DNA of 64,000 nt from Rhina ancylostomus (Eukaryota). Positions 14,201-27,704 of the stretch are shown piece by piece. The position numbers and the translations under genes are program-made. Positions within the stretch are counted from its first letter, which is position 1, and each line of letters starts with the position of its first letter. The notes under the pieces are model-generated. The model was not told where the DNA came from, made no database searches, and worked only from the letters and a program-made list of their open reading frames with translations. The stretch spans positions 25,992,913-26,056,912 of the forward strand of contig JARFYF010000007.1 in assembly GCA_030265395.1 (NCBI GenBank). Direction: 5' to 3'.

Positions 14201-14458
14201 AAAGAACATGTGTAAGGCAAGTTTTTTTTGTTTACACAGAGAGTGGTAGTTCACTGGAATGTGCTGCCAGGGAAGTGGTAGAAGCAGATACGCAAGCGAA
14301 GTTTAAATGCCATTTAGACAGACACATGAACAGACAGGGAATTTAAGGATACAGACCATGTGCAAGCAAATGGGATTAGTTTAACTTGGAATCATGGTCG
14401 GCACAGACATGGTGGGCTGAAGGGCCTGTTCCTGAGCTGTACTTTTCTATGTTTCTAT
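11270..14458 (+). mobile_element. CR1-clade (HER1-like) LINE, 5'-truncated and pseudogenised: ORF1 esterase remnant plus ORF2 endonuclease/RT
   Basis: VVIHIGTNDIG and LHLN (SGNH esterase blocks); CIYFNARSIMGK, SEMWL (APE endonuclease); YRPVSLISVIGNLLEKI, SHHGFVQG, KFVDDTK (RT); tail gggctgaagggcctgtt...ttctatgtttctat. Many stops and frameshifts. Confidence 0.9.
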
Positions 14459-14789
14459 ATATGATCTGCAAAATATTGCAGATGCTGAAAATTTGGAGTA
14501 AAAAAATAATGAGGTCAGATAGCATCTATGGAAAGATAAGAGTTAATGTTCAGGTCAATGACATTTCATCTCCAACTTTCCCCAATTTTGCTAAGAATAG
14601 TTTTAAGTGCAGATAAAAGGGTAAGATGTGCCAAGAACAAAAGGGAAAAGTCTGAAAAAGGGTGGCAACTAGGAGAGATTTACTGTGAAAAGTGATGGAG
14701 GTGCCATTTGACAGAGGTGATAAAGGATAGTGATAAAAAGCTTGCTCTCTCCTTTTGGAGCTGAAGCACAAAATAAAAAAGGCTTCTAA

Positions 14790-16120
14790 ATAAAGTTAAG
14801 AATAGTATTCGATCCAAAGAGGAATACGATAAACTGGCCACGAAAGAAGGCAAGCCTGAGGTATAGGAGCAGTTTAGAATTTTGCACAAAAGGACCAAGA
14901 GATTGATTGAGAGAGTATAAATAGAGTACATGATTAAACTTGCAAGGAGCAACACAAGCAGACTGTAAAAGCTTGTACAAGTATGTGAAAAGAAAAAGGT
15001 TAGTGAAGATAAATGTAGGTCTCTGACAGTCAGGAATGGGAGCTTTTATAAAAGAGAACAAAGAAATAGCAGAGCAATTAAACAAATACTCTTGTGCTCA
15101 TGGAAGAGACACAAATAACTTCCCAGAAATGTCAGGGGACAAAAGGTAGAATAAAAAAAGGACGGGAAATTACCATTTGGTTTAAAAAAATAGTGTTGGA
15201 GGAATGAATATCACAGAATGTCAATAAATCGTCAAGGACTGATAATCTGCATCTTAGAGCACCATAAGAAGAATCATGGAGATAGTAGGGAAAATGCTAA
15301 AATCTATTATAAAGGATGGATAACAGAACATATAAATATTAAGGAAATTGGACAAAGTCAACATGGGATTTATGAAAAGGAAATCATGTTTGACAAACTT
15401 AATGGAGTATAAAGATGTAAATGTTAGAATAGATAAAAAAGAAATTGTAGGTGCACTGTATTTAGATTTTCAGAAGTCCAACATAAATGGCTAGTGTGTA
15501 GATGGTACATGAGTCTGGGTGTTATATACTGGCATGGATTGAAAATTGGTTGACAGACAGGCAGTAGAGCATGAATAAGTGAATCTTTTTCAGGGTGGCA
15601 GGCCATGACTGCTGGGATACTGCAAGGATCAGTGCTTGGACCCCANNNNNNNNNNNNNNNNNNNNNNNNNNNNNNNNNNNNNNNNNNNNNNNNNNNNNNN
15701 NNNNNNNNNNNNNNNNNNNNNNNNNNNNNNNNNNNNNNNNNNNNNGACCCCACTATTCACACAAATAATATCAATGATTTGGATGAGGATTATTTCCAGT
15801 TTGCCTTGGCACAAAACTTGGTGGGGGTTGTGAGATGGATACAAGAGGCTTTAATGTGATTTTACACATGTTGAGTGGGTGGGCAAATATCTGACAGATG
15901 CAGTACAATATGGATAAATGTACAGAAATATTCACATTGGTAAGAAAAGCAAAAGGGCAGAGTATTATCTAAAGATAATAGGTTGAGAAATGTTGATGTA
16001 CAAAGGGATTTGGCTGTCCTTGAACACTAGTCACCAAAAGCAAATATGTTAAGAAGGTGAATGGTACGTTGACTTTCATTGCAAAAGGTTTCGTTTACAG
16101 GCACATGGATGTCTAACTAT
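14790..16120 (+). mobile_element. Decayed CR1-type LINE ORF2 fragment
   Basis: GQSQHG and GILQGSVLGP RT motifs; interrupted by an N gap; no intact ORF. Confidence 0.75.
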
Positions 16121-17522
16121 ATCTCTCTGATCCTGAAAACCCTTTGCCTATTTGTGGCAGAGAATGTTTGTGGTTCTGCTTTTTAATTTGGTCCCTAGCT
16201 GCGCAAGCTTTTTTTTAGTCCTACCTATGCTCTAGCTGTACTTTGTAGATACATAACTTAAGCTTATGATATTCATTAAAGATTTTAGTGTATAAAATCC
16301 CTTGTTCTTCATTCTTCTACCCATAAGATAAACAAAAATTGTGAAACTGTAGGTGAACGCACACTCTACTAGTTTTTGCCTCAAAGAATCAATGGATATG
16401 AAAGAGGGTTAGTATTGGTGAGATGAAAGATCAGCCAGGATCTTATTGAATAGCATAGCAAGCCTAAGGAACCGAATAGGCTAATCCTGCTATTTATTAT
16501 GTTCTTAATACCAATCTACTGCTCTTAGAGCTGTTTTATTCTTAAAATCTTAATAAACCCATACTACACTGTTCGAAAATTAAATTTTGCAGAACTATTT
16601 ACTCTGAAGAGAACGATTACGGCACTGAATCTAAGCCAGCCAAACTTGCAATATTTTCTATTTGACCGTTGCAATATTTTTCTTTTGATTCTTGCTGTCA
16701 GTTGTTTTATTTTAGACAACGTCTAGTTAATTTTCTGATTTTCTAGGCTAAATGATGGCACTGAAAAAGGATACTTTCGCTAACAAAACGCTGGTTTAAA
16801 TTTGGTAGAAAATGAGCAACTTGTGGTAAATCTATAATGACTATCAAGCACTGCCTCTGAAATGCTAAACCAGACATACTGTATATGTTGAAAGCTGATT
16901 TACACCGAAGGAAATATAATTTCACATGACCACTCAAAAAGATAAAGACTCGCAGAAAATATAGCTTCATTAAGCAGTCTTATTCTGTAAAACAGGTATC
17001 AAAAATTTTAATTACTATTGGGCTAGTTGATTATAAAGATTGCTGAGTTTTGAATGCGTGCCGAGCTATAAAAATGAAGAGGTGTGATTATGTACGAAGC
17101 ATTCGATCACAAATGAGAACCTGGTACCATGAAAAACACCCTGCTGCTGAAACAGATTTTGAAGCTAGAGCTTGGTATGAATTTCAATTAAGGTTACCTG
17201 CTGAGAAGAGACTTGATTGGAACAAAGGAAGATCAGTTAACAGAGAAACATACCGAAGACAGTTTACTTAGAGGGCAAAAAAGAATTGAGGTCACTTACA
17301 ATGCAGGGTGTAGCAGGGACAAAGAAAGGACCAAGTCATTTCAGGGATAACATTTCATACGACTTTCTGACTGTATGTGTTTGCTTTAGTATAGTAGATA
17401 GGAAAGTAAATAAAAAGAAACACGTATTTAACGGTATATACAATATATACTTTAAAGAAACCACTCCTTCAAGTTAGGTATTGTTGATCTGTGCACATGT
17501 AATTTAGTACTTAAATTTTTAC

Positions 17523-17652
17523 CTTCATCAGATCATCCTCAATAACATCATTTCTCATCTGTGCAGCATCCAATTGCGTGTAAAATCGTGCACCTATCAT
17601 CGGCATAATATCATTTACACTGCGCAGTCGATTTTGATCAGTCAACAAATAT
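17523..17652 (-). CDS. PAN3: PAN3 coding exon (pseudokinase C-lobe/coiled coil)
   Basis: TAG/GTAAA boundaries; 130 nt; (L)YLLTDQNRLRSVNDIMPMIGARFYTQLDAAQMRNDVIEDDLMK. Confidence 0.97.
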
Positions 17653-17769
17653 CTAGAATAAAAAATTAAAAGCAGTAAATAAAGATGTCAATCTATTGTA
17701 TCTGCCACATTTATGGTACAATATGTGGTAATTTTTTTAAAAAAAGGTTAACTACTTTTTAAGGTAAGG

Positions 17770-20700
17770 CTCAGAAGTGGCAGCAAAACTGGCAGCATCT
17801 CTGGAATTGTTGAGAGCGAGTTACAAAAGGAGCTCCAGGAAGGGTGGAGTAGAGGAGAGGCCAAAAAGCAACAGTGAGCCTGACAATACCTGTGGGATTG
17901 TGGAGAATGAGTTATTAAGGAGTGAATAGTATAATAGGGTACGGCTATCCNNNNNNNNNNNNNNNNNNNNNNNNNNNNNNNNNNNNNNNNNNNNNNNNNN
18001 NNNNNNNNNNNNNNNNNNNNNNNNNNNNNNNNNNNNNNNNNNNNNNNNNNGGCTATCCCGAGGGGCTATGAGGTTGAAGTGCTGCTGTTGGCATCAAAGT
18101 GTAGGCTTTGGTGAGTGTCAGGCTTCACTGAGGAGAGTGAGCAGTGATTAGGTAAGATTTTTTCTCCCCCTCTTTCTTAGTAGAAAGGACAGGGGATAAA
18201 TTTATATAGAAGCTAGGGCTGTGGTATGGTCTTTCTGAAGGATGTGGAAGATCACGGACATTACCAATGCCCCTGGTGACTATACCCACCAGAAGTATGT
18301 GCAAGTTGCAGCTCCTGTCAGATCACATACAGCAGTTGGAGCTGTGGTTGGATTCGCTATGCATTAGGCAGGACGCAGGAAAATGCAGTAGGGAATACAT
18401 TTAACGAGTTGGTTACTTCATAGGTACAGAAAGGGAGGAGATGGGTGACCGCCCCCCCCCACCCCACCCCTAGTAAGAACAGGCAGTTAGTGCAGGAGTT
18501 CCCTGTGGTCATTCCCCTCTCAAACAGGTTGCAGCTTTGGATACTGTTGAGGGAAGATGGCCTCTCAGAGGAAAGCAGAAACAGCCCATTTTGTGGCACC
18601 ACAATTGACTTCGATGAACAGCAGGGGAGAGAAAAGCCTGATGAGAGGGATAGACGGGCATTTCTGTAGCAGAAAACATGATACCAGAATGGTCTGTGCC
18701 TCCCTAGTGCCAGGGTCTCAGATCGAGAACAGAATATTCTGAAATGGGAGGAAGAATGGCCAGGGGTCATAGTACAAGTTGGTAATAATGATATATAGAT
18801 AGAAAGCTGAATGAGGTCCTGCAGTGTGAATTTAGGGAGTTAGGCAGAAGGTTAAAACGAAGGACCTCTTGGGTCATAATTTCACAACTACTCCTTCAGC
18901 CACATTTACTTTAATGCAAGAAGCCTCACGGGCAAGTCAGATGAGCTAAGAGCATGGATTGGCACATGGAATTAAGATATTATTGAAATCACAGAAACAT
19001 GGTTGAATGAAGGGCATTTCAGGCATGATAGATGGGGATGTAAGAGAGGGCGGGGAGTCACACTGCTAATTAGGGGGAGCATCACAGTAGTACGTGGCGA
19101 AGATATCCTGGAAGGATCATCCAATGAGACCATATAGGTAGAACAAGAATAAGAGAGGGCCAATCCTTTTGCTGGGGTTATATTACAGGCCTCCCAATAG
19201 TCAGCAGCAATTAGAGGAACAGATATGTAAGCACATTGCAGAAAGGTACAAAAGTAATCAGGTTATAGTAGTGGGAGATTATAACTTTTCCAATATTGAC
19301 TGGGATTGCCTTAGTGTAGAGGGCTTACATGGGTCAGAACTTGTTAAATGTGTCCACATCAGTTTTTTAAGACAACGTATAGATAGTCGTAACAGAGAAG
19401 GGGCTGTACTTGATCTCAACTTAGGAAATGAAAACAGGCACATGGTAGAAGTGTGTCAGTTGGGGAACAACATCCACAGTTCTGTAAGTTTCAAGGTTGT
19501 TATGGAAAGTGATAAAGTTAATTCTCAAGCTCACACCCTAAATTTGGTTGGAGTGGTGATGGGGGAGTAGAAAAGAGGCTGATTTTGATAAGAAACTGGT
19601 TAAAAAGTAGATTGGGAGCAGATGCTTCTGGCTTAAACAGCATCTAACAAGTGGGAGACTTTTAAAAGAGTTAGCAAAAGTTCAGGGATAACATGTTCCT
19701 GTAAGTGTCAAAGGAAAAGGTGGCATGATTGGGGAACCTTGGATGACACAGGATATTTATGGTTTAATCAAGAAAAAAAACAGAAGCATGTGACAGGTTC
19801 CGTCAACTACAATTAAGCAATTCCCTTATAGAATACAGAGAGTGTACGATTGAGGAGAATCCTAAGACATTCTAAAGATATTAGAAGCAAGAAGGTAGTT
19901 AGGGAAAGAGTGGGTACCTTTTGGAATCAACTGGGTAATCTATGTGTGGGGCCAGGCAATGTGGGCAAGCTCCTAAATGAATACTTCTCATCTGTTGTCA
20001 CTGAGGAAAAGGACATGGAGGATAGAGAATTCAGGGAGGGATACATTGGCAGTCTGGTGCGTGTAACTATGCGGAAGGTGGATGTGATAAATGTCTTGGA
20101 ACACACAAAGGTGGATAAATCCTCAGGGCCTGATGATATCTATCCCAGAATGCCTTGGGAAACAATGGAGGAAATAGCTTGGGCCCTAACAAAGATTTTT
20201 GCATCTTTGTTGGTCACTGATGAGGTATCAGACTAGAAAATAGCTAATGTTGTTCTTGTATTTAAGAGTAGCAGGGCTAATCCAGGTAACGGAGTCAGAA
20301 GGGACTGCAGATGGTGGAATCTGGAGCTAAATCTCAGTTGTTGGAGGAACTCAGCAGGTCAGGCAGCATCTGGAGAGGGAAATGTACAGCCAACGTTTCA
20401 AGTCAAGCTCGTTCATCTAGACTCTATTTCAGGTTATGAAAGGTTGGTGAACCTAACATTAGTAGGGAAATTTACTGTGGACAGGATTTATGTATATTTC
20501 GAAAGGCAGAGACTGTTTAGGGATAGTCAGTGTAGGTGTGTGGGGAAAATCCTGTCTCACTAATTTGAATGAGTTTTTTTTTGATGAGATAACCAAGGAA
20601 ATTGATAAAGGCAGGGCAGTAGACATTGTGTGGTATGGCAATTGACAAGGTCCTGCTGGCTAAGTGGAGGGGTGGGTTAATAAGTTTGCAGATGACACGA

Positions 20701-21552
20701 AGGTTGGAGGTGTTGTGGATAGTGTGGAAAATTGTTGTAGGTTACAATGGGATATAGATAGATTGGGAAGACAAATGGAGTTCAATCCAGAAACAAGTGT
20801 AAAGTGATACGCTTTGGAAGAATGAACTTGGAAGCAGAGTACAAGATTAATGGCAGGATTCTTAACAGTGTGGAAGAAGAGGGTGCAAGTTGATAAAGTG
20901 GTTAAGAAAACATATGGTGTGCTGGCTTTCATTAGTCGAAGGACGGAGTTCAAGAGCCGCGAAATAATGTTGCGGCTCTATCAAACTCTATTTGGACCAC
21001 ACTTCGAATATTGTGTTCAGTTCTGGTCGTCTCATTGTAGGAAGGATGTGGAAGCTTTACAGAGAGTGCAGAGGAGATTTACCAGGATGTTGCCAGGATT
21101 AGAGAACATGTCTTATGAGGAAAGGTTGAGTGAGCTCGGGCTTTTCTCTTTAAAGCGATGAATGATGAGAGGTGGCTTGATGGAGGTGTATAAGATTATG
21201 AGGGCATAGATAAAGTGAACAGCCAGCATCTTTTTCCTGGGGCAGCAATGGCCAATACCAGAGGACATTGATTTAAGGTGTGAGGTAGAAAGTTTAGGGG
21301 AGATGTCAGAGATATGTTTTTCACAGAGAGAGAGGTGGGTGCCTGGAACGCACTGCCAGGGGTGATGGTAGAGGCTGATACAATAGGGACTTTTAAAAGA
21401 CTCTTAGATAGGCACGTGTATACAAAAAAAAATGATGGGTTATGGGCTGTATAGGAGGCAAGGGTTAGATTGATCATGGAGTAAGCTTAAATAGGTCAGC
21501 ACAACATCATGGGCTGAAGGGCCTACACTGTGCTGTACCGTTCTATGTTCTA
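17770..21552 (+). mobile_element. Near full-length but internally deleted, pseudogenised CR1-clade LINE
   Basis: ORF1 N-terminal remnant at ~18210-18370 and esterase remnant at ~18650-18900; FNARSL, GLYYRPPN, VVGDYNFSNIDW (endonuclease); KFADDTK; EYCVQFWS, LQRVQRRFTRMLPGL; tail gggctgaagggcctacactgtgctgtaccgttctatgttcta. The 5' boundary is approximate. Confidence 0.88.
20290..20425 (-). mobile_element. Penelope-derived short repeat inserted into the CR1 LINE
   Basis: Shares the ggaggaactcagcaggtcaggcagcatc motif with 45344-45383 and interrupts CR1 ORF2 at the PGN/YRPV region. Confidence 0.7.
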
Positions 21553-22180
21553 AGTCGTATACAGTAAATGATAGGACATTAAGGAATGTTGAGAGACCTA
21601 TTTGTCCAAGTCCATGGCTCCCTGAAAGTAGCAATACAGATTGATATGGTGGCGAAGACAGGTCAGGACATAAGAGTTGATATATGTTGTGTTGCAACTT
21701 TACAAAATACTGGTTAGCCACATTGTGTGCAGTCCAGGTCACCACACTCCAGGATGGATGGATGTAATTGCTGGAGAGAGTGCAAAGGGGATTCATCAGG
21801 ATGTTGCCTGTCTGGAAGACTTTAGTTATGGAAAAGATTGGAAAGGCTGTGCTTGTTTGCCCTAGAGTGAAGAAGGCTAAGGAGTGACCTGATGAAAGTA
21901 ATACAAGATCATGAGAGGAAATAAATAGGGTAGATAGTCAAAATCTTTTTCCCGTGGTGAGGTTACAAAAAACAAGAGGGCATAGGTTTAAGGTGGTCGT
22001 TGATATCTAGAAAGCACCACCACAGAAGTGGTGGAATCAAGTGCAATTATTACATTTAAGATGCACTTAGACAGACACTTAAATAGTCAAGGCATAAAAA
22101 AAGGGTATGGCCCTAATGCAGACAAATGAAAGCATTGTAAATGGGCAAGAGCTTGCTTCTGTTCTGTACAACTCTTAAGA
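21553..22180 (+). mobile_element. Additional CR1 3'-end fragment abutting the previous LINE
   Basis: VVLQLYKILV and RGHRFKV-like remnants plus a decayed tail. Confidence 0.7.
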
Positions 22181-23154
22181 CTCTTCCTCCTGATCAGTAA
22201 CTGATTTGCTAAAATACTTCCCACCAGTAGTAAGTGTGCCTGGTTAAGAGGAGGATCTGCTTGTCTTGCTAAAAATGTGGTACTCCGAAATGACTGTTTC
22301 CATTTGCTTTTTGAGCAAAATTTTTGTGTTTTATGGAACATTGGCCATTTCAGAACAAAATTTTATGCATCACTCTTTAGTATGTTCAGTGTATTGAACC
22401 TTTATCATTTTTTTTAAATACTTATTTCCAATTTAATGATTTCTCACAGATGACATGGGTTTACAGATCCTTTTGAACTGCTGTTGAATTTATTTTGCCT
22501 ATCAATTTAATTGCCAGTTTTCCAGAAGCTTGGTAGGCCTTGGTTGAATTATGAAATCTGTACCCATAAGAGATACGTGGCTGATAATGTAGTATGCAAG
22601 TGTTCCACGGGTCATTCTTTACACACTTGCGTTTGTGTTTTGATAGATCGTGAGTAGGTGGGGCATGAAATTGTGGAGCTGCACAAAGTACAAATGTTCT
22701 TCATAATTAAGATTCCCTAATATTCACAATCCAATTCTAGACAGTAGTAAGAGTGCTGCTCACTTTACTTTCAACCGCCATCAAGTAGCACTGGTTCTTC
22801 AAAAATACAATTCAGTTGTTTGCCAATATTAAACAAATCTCTCTTCAAAAAATAAGAAATTAATAGTTTTAGCTTGCAGTCAAAACAAAATGATTACCAG
22901 TGCTGTAAATTATAGGAACTTAACAGATCTGAAATTTGAAAGCTATTCTTGCTCCAGTACTCAGCTTTTTGTGTGATCTAAACTGCCTGTTTCTCCCTCT
23001 TCCTGCCCATGAAATGAGACAAAATGACAGCTGCATTTATGCAGGAAGAAAACAAGTTGTTGGCAGAACATACACCCGCAGCTTAGCATATTTCAATCAA
23101 AACAGAAACTCACAGATTATTCTAATTAAAGAGCAGGTTTGTCAAATAACTTAC

Positions 23155-23294
23155 AAAATTAGGTTTTTCAGGTCTGAAGAATAATTAAGTGACACCAGAT
23201 CCATAGCCTTTTGTATATTCTCTCGTTGAATTCCTGCTACAGAATTGCATGCCAAGGCCAAAACCACTTTTCCTAGAGATATCAGATCAGCTTG
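23155..23294 (-). CDS. PAN3: PAN3 coding exon (pseudokinase C-lobe)
   Basis: TAG/GTAAG boundaries; 140 nt; QADLISLGKVVLALACNSVAGIQRENIQKAMDLVSLNYSSDLKNLI(L). Confidence 0.97.
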
Positions 23295-24679
23295 CTAGTG
23301 CAAAAGAACACAAATTGAGAATCAAAAATACATCCTGGTAAATATCTACAGGTTTTAGGATTAATCTTGTTTAAAACTATATAACAGTATTTGAATTGTA
23401 CTCTGTCCAAAGTTTATTTTTCTTTAACTCATGGAAAAACTGACAAGCCAGCTGCTTCTTCCTGTATTCAGATTTGCTGCCCGTTAACAAGTTCCACTTC
23501 CCAGAATGGCAGCCACAGACACATGAATTAATTGTAATGGGACATGGATGCTTACACTACTTTTGCATATGGATTTTTTCTGGATTATTTTTGTTGCACT
23601 AAATTGCAATGATGTAACCAGGGTTTACATTCAGAAGCTTGAAGCAAAATCTATCTGGTGTATCATTAAAAAATTGGCAACTTTGTTGAAGTGGAGCATG
23701 TTCCATTAGTTTGACTTGCTCGTGCAAGACTAAGCTTTTAAAATAAAGTTAATGAATTAGGTTTTTGCCAACAAAGCTGCTATTAGTACAAGCTGACAAT
23801 GATGAAATTTGAGGGAAATGGGGCACCTGGGATCTTGTTGAACAATGGGACAAAACAATGAGATTCGATGATTGAAAAATAAACCAGGGGAGAACAGAAA
23901 AGGGTAAATTTAATGCAATTGTACAAAAAGAGAAATAGAACAGAAATATTTGTTCAAGGCAAAAGCAGAGGGAAAATTAAAATTGTTTTGTTCCAAATGA
24001 ATTTAACACTTTAAAAAAAAGTCATAACCTGAAGAAATAAAATGCCACACTTATTGTTTACTTCCTGGAAAATGGAGATTGATTAGAAATTATTAACGTT
24101 ATCATATTGATGTTACAGGTCTTATGCCTCTGTGGTTATTTTGATAGAGGATTGATATGCAACTTCATGAAAATAACAGGGAGGTTAGGTACAAGACACC
24201 GCATTTCCAAAGCCAAGAGGAAAAATTAAAATCACATGAGATCCTAATATTTAGGAGTGGATGTAACTGTGGAAGGCAGGAAGAGGAATAATAAGGTGTT
24301 TGGTGAGGAAATCCTGGTGTTGCTTGGTCCTCCATAATTTTGAAAAATTAGACGTTCTTGGCAGATGGGGAGTTAAACTTTGTCTAAAGCTCCAGGTTTG
24401 TCTTAACCATGTCAAAGACTGGTTTGCATCAAATCTGATTAAAATTTTAATTTTACTGGTTTAAGATGGGTGATTCTCAGGGGGTTAAGATAGGGAACAA
24501 AAGTTTTGGGAAATACTTTAGCAAAAAAGAATGGACACTAAAATTGAGGATAACATTAAGTTCAATATTTGGCTCAGTTGGGATCACATCCAACTCCTTG
24601 AAGCATGATGAAAAAAAAATCTTTTTGACAATAACTTGTGCAATATAATTCACAGGCTCCATTCAAAAAATGTGCTCAC

Positions 24680-24767
24680 CTGATATTGAGGCATCATTCC
24701 CAGTGGATTATTCTGACTACTATCAAAAGTTAAGACATCAAAAATTCCAACACAATTCACACGCAAC
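24680..24767 (-). CDS. PAN3: PAN3 coding exon (pseudokinase)
   Basis: AAG acceptor and GTGAG donor; 88 nt; (R)LRVNCVGIFDVLTFDSSQNNPLGMMPQYQ. Confidence 0.95.
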
Positions 24768-24842
24768 CTTGGGAACAAAAGAATTACACGCAGTTGCATA
24801 AGTAGAGTTTCATTCAGTGAATCAAGACAAAGTTACATTAAA

Positions 24843-25735
24843 NNNNNNNNNNNNNNNNNNNNNNNNNNNNNNNNNNNNNNNNNNNNNNNNNNNNNNNNNN
24901 NNNNNNNNNNNNNNNNNNNNNNNNNNNNNNNNNNNNNNNNNNNNNNNNNNNNNNNNNNNNNNNNNNNNNNNNNNNNNNNNNNNNNNNNNNNNNNNNNNNN
25001 NNNNNNNNNNNNNNNNNNNNNNNNNNNNNNNNNNNNNNNNNNNNNNNNNNNNNNNNNNNNNNNNNNNNNNNNNNNNNNNNNNNNNNNNNNNNNNNNNNNN
25101 NNNNNNNNNNNNNNNNNNNNNNNNNNNNNNNNNNNNNNNNNNNNNNNNNNNNNNNNNNNNNNNNNNNNNNNNNNNNNNNNNNNNNNNNNNNNNNNNNNNN
25201 NNNNNNNNNNNNNNNNNNNNNNNNNNNNNNNNNNNNNNNNNNNNNNNNNNNNNNNNNNNNNNNNNNNNNNNNNNNNNNNNNNNNNNNNNNNNNNNNNNNN
25301 NNNNNNNNNNNNNNNNNNNNNNNNNNNNNNNNNNNNNNNNNNNNNNNNNNNNNNNNNNNNNNNNNNNNNNNNNNNNNNNNNNNNNNNNNNNNNNNNNNNN
25401 NNNNNNNNNNNNNNNNNNNNNNNNNNNNNNNNNNNNNNNNNNNNNNNNNNNNNNNNNNNNNNNNNNNNNNNNNNNNNNNNNNNNNNNNNNNNNNNNNNNN
25501 NNNNNNNNNNNNNNNNNNNNNNNNNNNNNNNNNNNNNNNNNNNNNNNNNNNNNNNNNNNNNNNNNNNNNNNNNNNNNNNNNNNNNNNNNNNNNNNNNNNN
25601 NNNNNNNNNNNNNNNNNNNNNNNNNNNNNNNNNNNNNNNNNNNNNNNNNNNNNNNNNNNNNNNNNNNNNNNNNNNNNNNNNNNNNNNNNNNNNNNNNNNN
25701 NNNNNNNNNNNNNNNNNNNNNNNNNNNNNNNNNNN
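24843..25735. other. Assembly gap that probably contains the missing PAN3 pseudokinase exon
   Basis: The flanking exons are phase-incompatible, and I could not find the intervening conserved peptide in the sequenced part of this intron. Confidence 0.75.
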
Positions 25736-25869
25736 AAAACCCATTTTATTTCTAATACATTCTTAGTCTGATAAGAGGTTACTCATCTGAAATATTATGG
25801 TTCTCCACAGATGCTGAGTGTTTTCAGCATTCTCTGTTTTTTGTTTATGTAATGAATTGATGAACAGCA

Positions 25870-26208
25870 TCTATGAGGGGCATAGATAGGGTGGATAAGC
25901 AATATCTTTTTCCCCATTATTGAGCAAGCCAAAACCAGAGGGCATGCATTTAAGGTGAGGGGTTAAGTTCAGAACAGACGTGAGGGGTATGTTTTTTTTA
26001 AACTCAGAGAGTGGTGGATGCCTGGAATGTGTTCCCTGATAGGGTGGTGGAGGTAAATTCATTGGGAGCTTTTAAGAAAGGCTTGAATGGGCACATGTAT
26101 TAGAGGAAAATGGAGGAATATGGGCAATCAGTAGGTAGGAGGGATTAGCTATGTCAGCACAACATTGTGGGCCAAAGGGCCTGTTCTGTGCTGTACTGTT
26201 CTATGCTC
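25870..26208 (+). mobile_element. CR1 LINE 3'-end fragment
   Basis: TRGHAFKV-like remnant; tail gggccaaagggcctgttctgtgctgtactgttctatg. Confidence 0.8.
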
Positions 26209-27704
26209 TTCTCAGAATCTTGAATTTTGGATGGCTAACTTAGAGGTTTTCCCCAACAAGTTCGAAAATGAACAAGAAATAATGTAGGAGTTTTAACAGT
26301 TTAACCTTCCTCACACATATGCTGTAAAACTGAATGAATCTTCTGTTAAGAAGCTTTATCATTTTGGTACAGATGTTAAACACTTGGGTACCTTAAGACC
26401 ACTATAAGTAATACATAAATGCAAGCATTTTTATTTATTTCTTTCCAATAATAACCTATCACCAAGAGATCTTGTAGCCAGCCTGGTGGAGCTGGCTTCT
26501 TTCATGTAAACATCTGCACTTTGACTGCCTGTAGGTTAATCCAGAGGTACAATTGCTGTATTAACCAACAGGCCAATTCAAAGTATATCAGTGGTATTCA
26601 ATATTCATTCTGAAAAGTAATTCATTATAGCAGCTCCACCCATAAACAGAAACCAAAACACACAAGTAAAGAAACATTGGCCAAAGAAGCAGCCTACTAA
26701 CAATGAAAACAAAATCCTTCATTAATTAAAAGAACATTAATTTGCTACAGCATAATCTGTATTCCATGCATTTTCAGCCTGTTAGATGGTAGACTACATT
26801 TTTGTTGGATGTGAAGGATAGGGAGGAGGTAGGAGCTATGGGTTGAAATGTGGCAAAGGCAGAACAATATTAGTCTTGTGCAGGTGTTCTAAATGAGAAT
26901 CAGCTGAAGCAAAAGCATTACATTGGTCATGTTAAACTGGGAGACAATTTTATTACCACATCCCTCACAAAAAAAATCCATGGAGAGGTACAGCAGATGG
27001 GCTGGTAAGATAAATCTGTTGACTACCCACAGCTTCTGACTCAAGGAACATGTGACTTAACCACATTACCACGAGTCCCAATTCTCAACTGTCAACTACA
27101 TTTTGGTACCACAGACCAACAAGTGACATGGAATTTAACTTGCAGATTTAATTCCTTGCTTGCAATGTTGTTTTTACTCCTTTTGTTCACTTACACTTTT
27201 CTTCAAATGATCAGCAGTTAAAGTACCACAGGGCTTTGCAAATTGATTAGAAGTTCTTAAAGTAACATCCCTGGACTCATGCCACTTCAGGATGCAACAG
27301 AATCTGCATCCTGCAACATTTCTCAGCAATTTTAAAGACGCATATAAAATCAAACAGGATTGTAACATGTTTCTTTCTAAAATACAAGTTTCTAAATACT
27401 GACATTGAAATGTGGAAATAAGTAATTGAATTTAAGCATTTATGAATTAAAATTCTTAGATATTTTATATTCACTCACCCAGTTTTCCAGAAAGCTTAAT
27501 CATAGTTTGGGATAGCATATTACTAGATTTGGCCAGCAAACATCTAGTACCTTACTATTAAATTTTCACTGCTTCTTTAGATAGCTTGGTGCTTATTTTT
27601 GACAGAAGACTATTGATAGCTTTTACCAGTTAACATTTAATATAATTACTACAGTGCAATCTAAAGGGTCTTTTTTTTTAAACATAATGTACATTTCTGC
27701 TTAC

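Noticed and set aside
17050-17271. 73-aa plus-strand ORF with protein-like composition
   Set aside because: Non-ATG start, short, no recognisable motif, antisense within an intron; consistent with chance.
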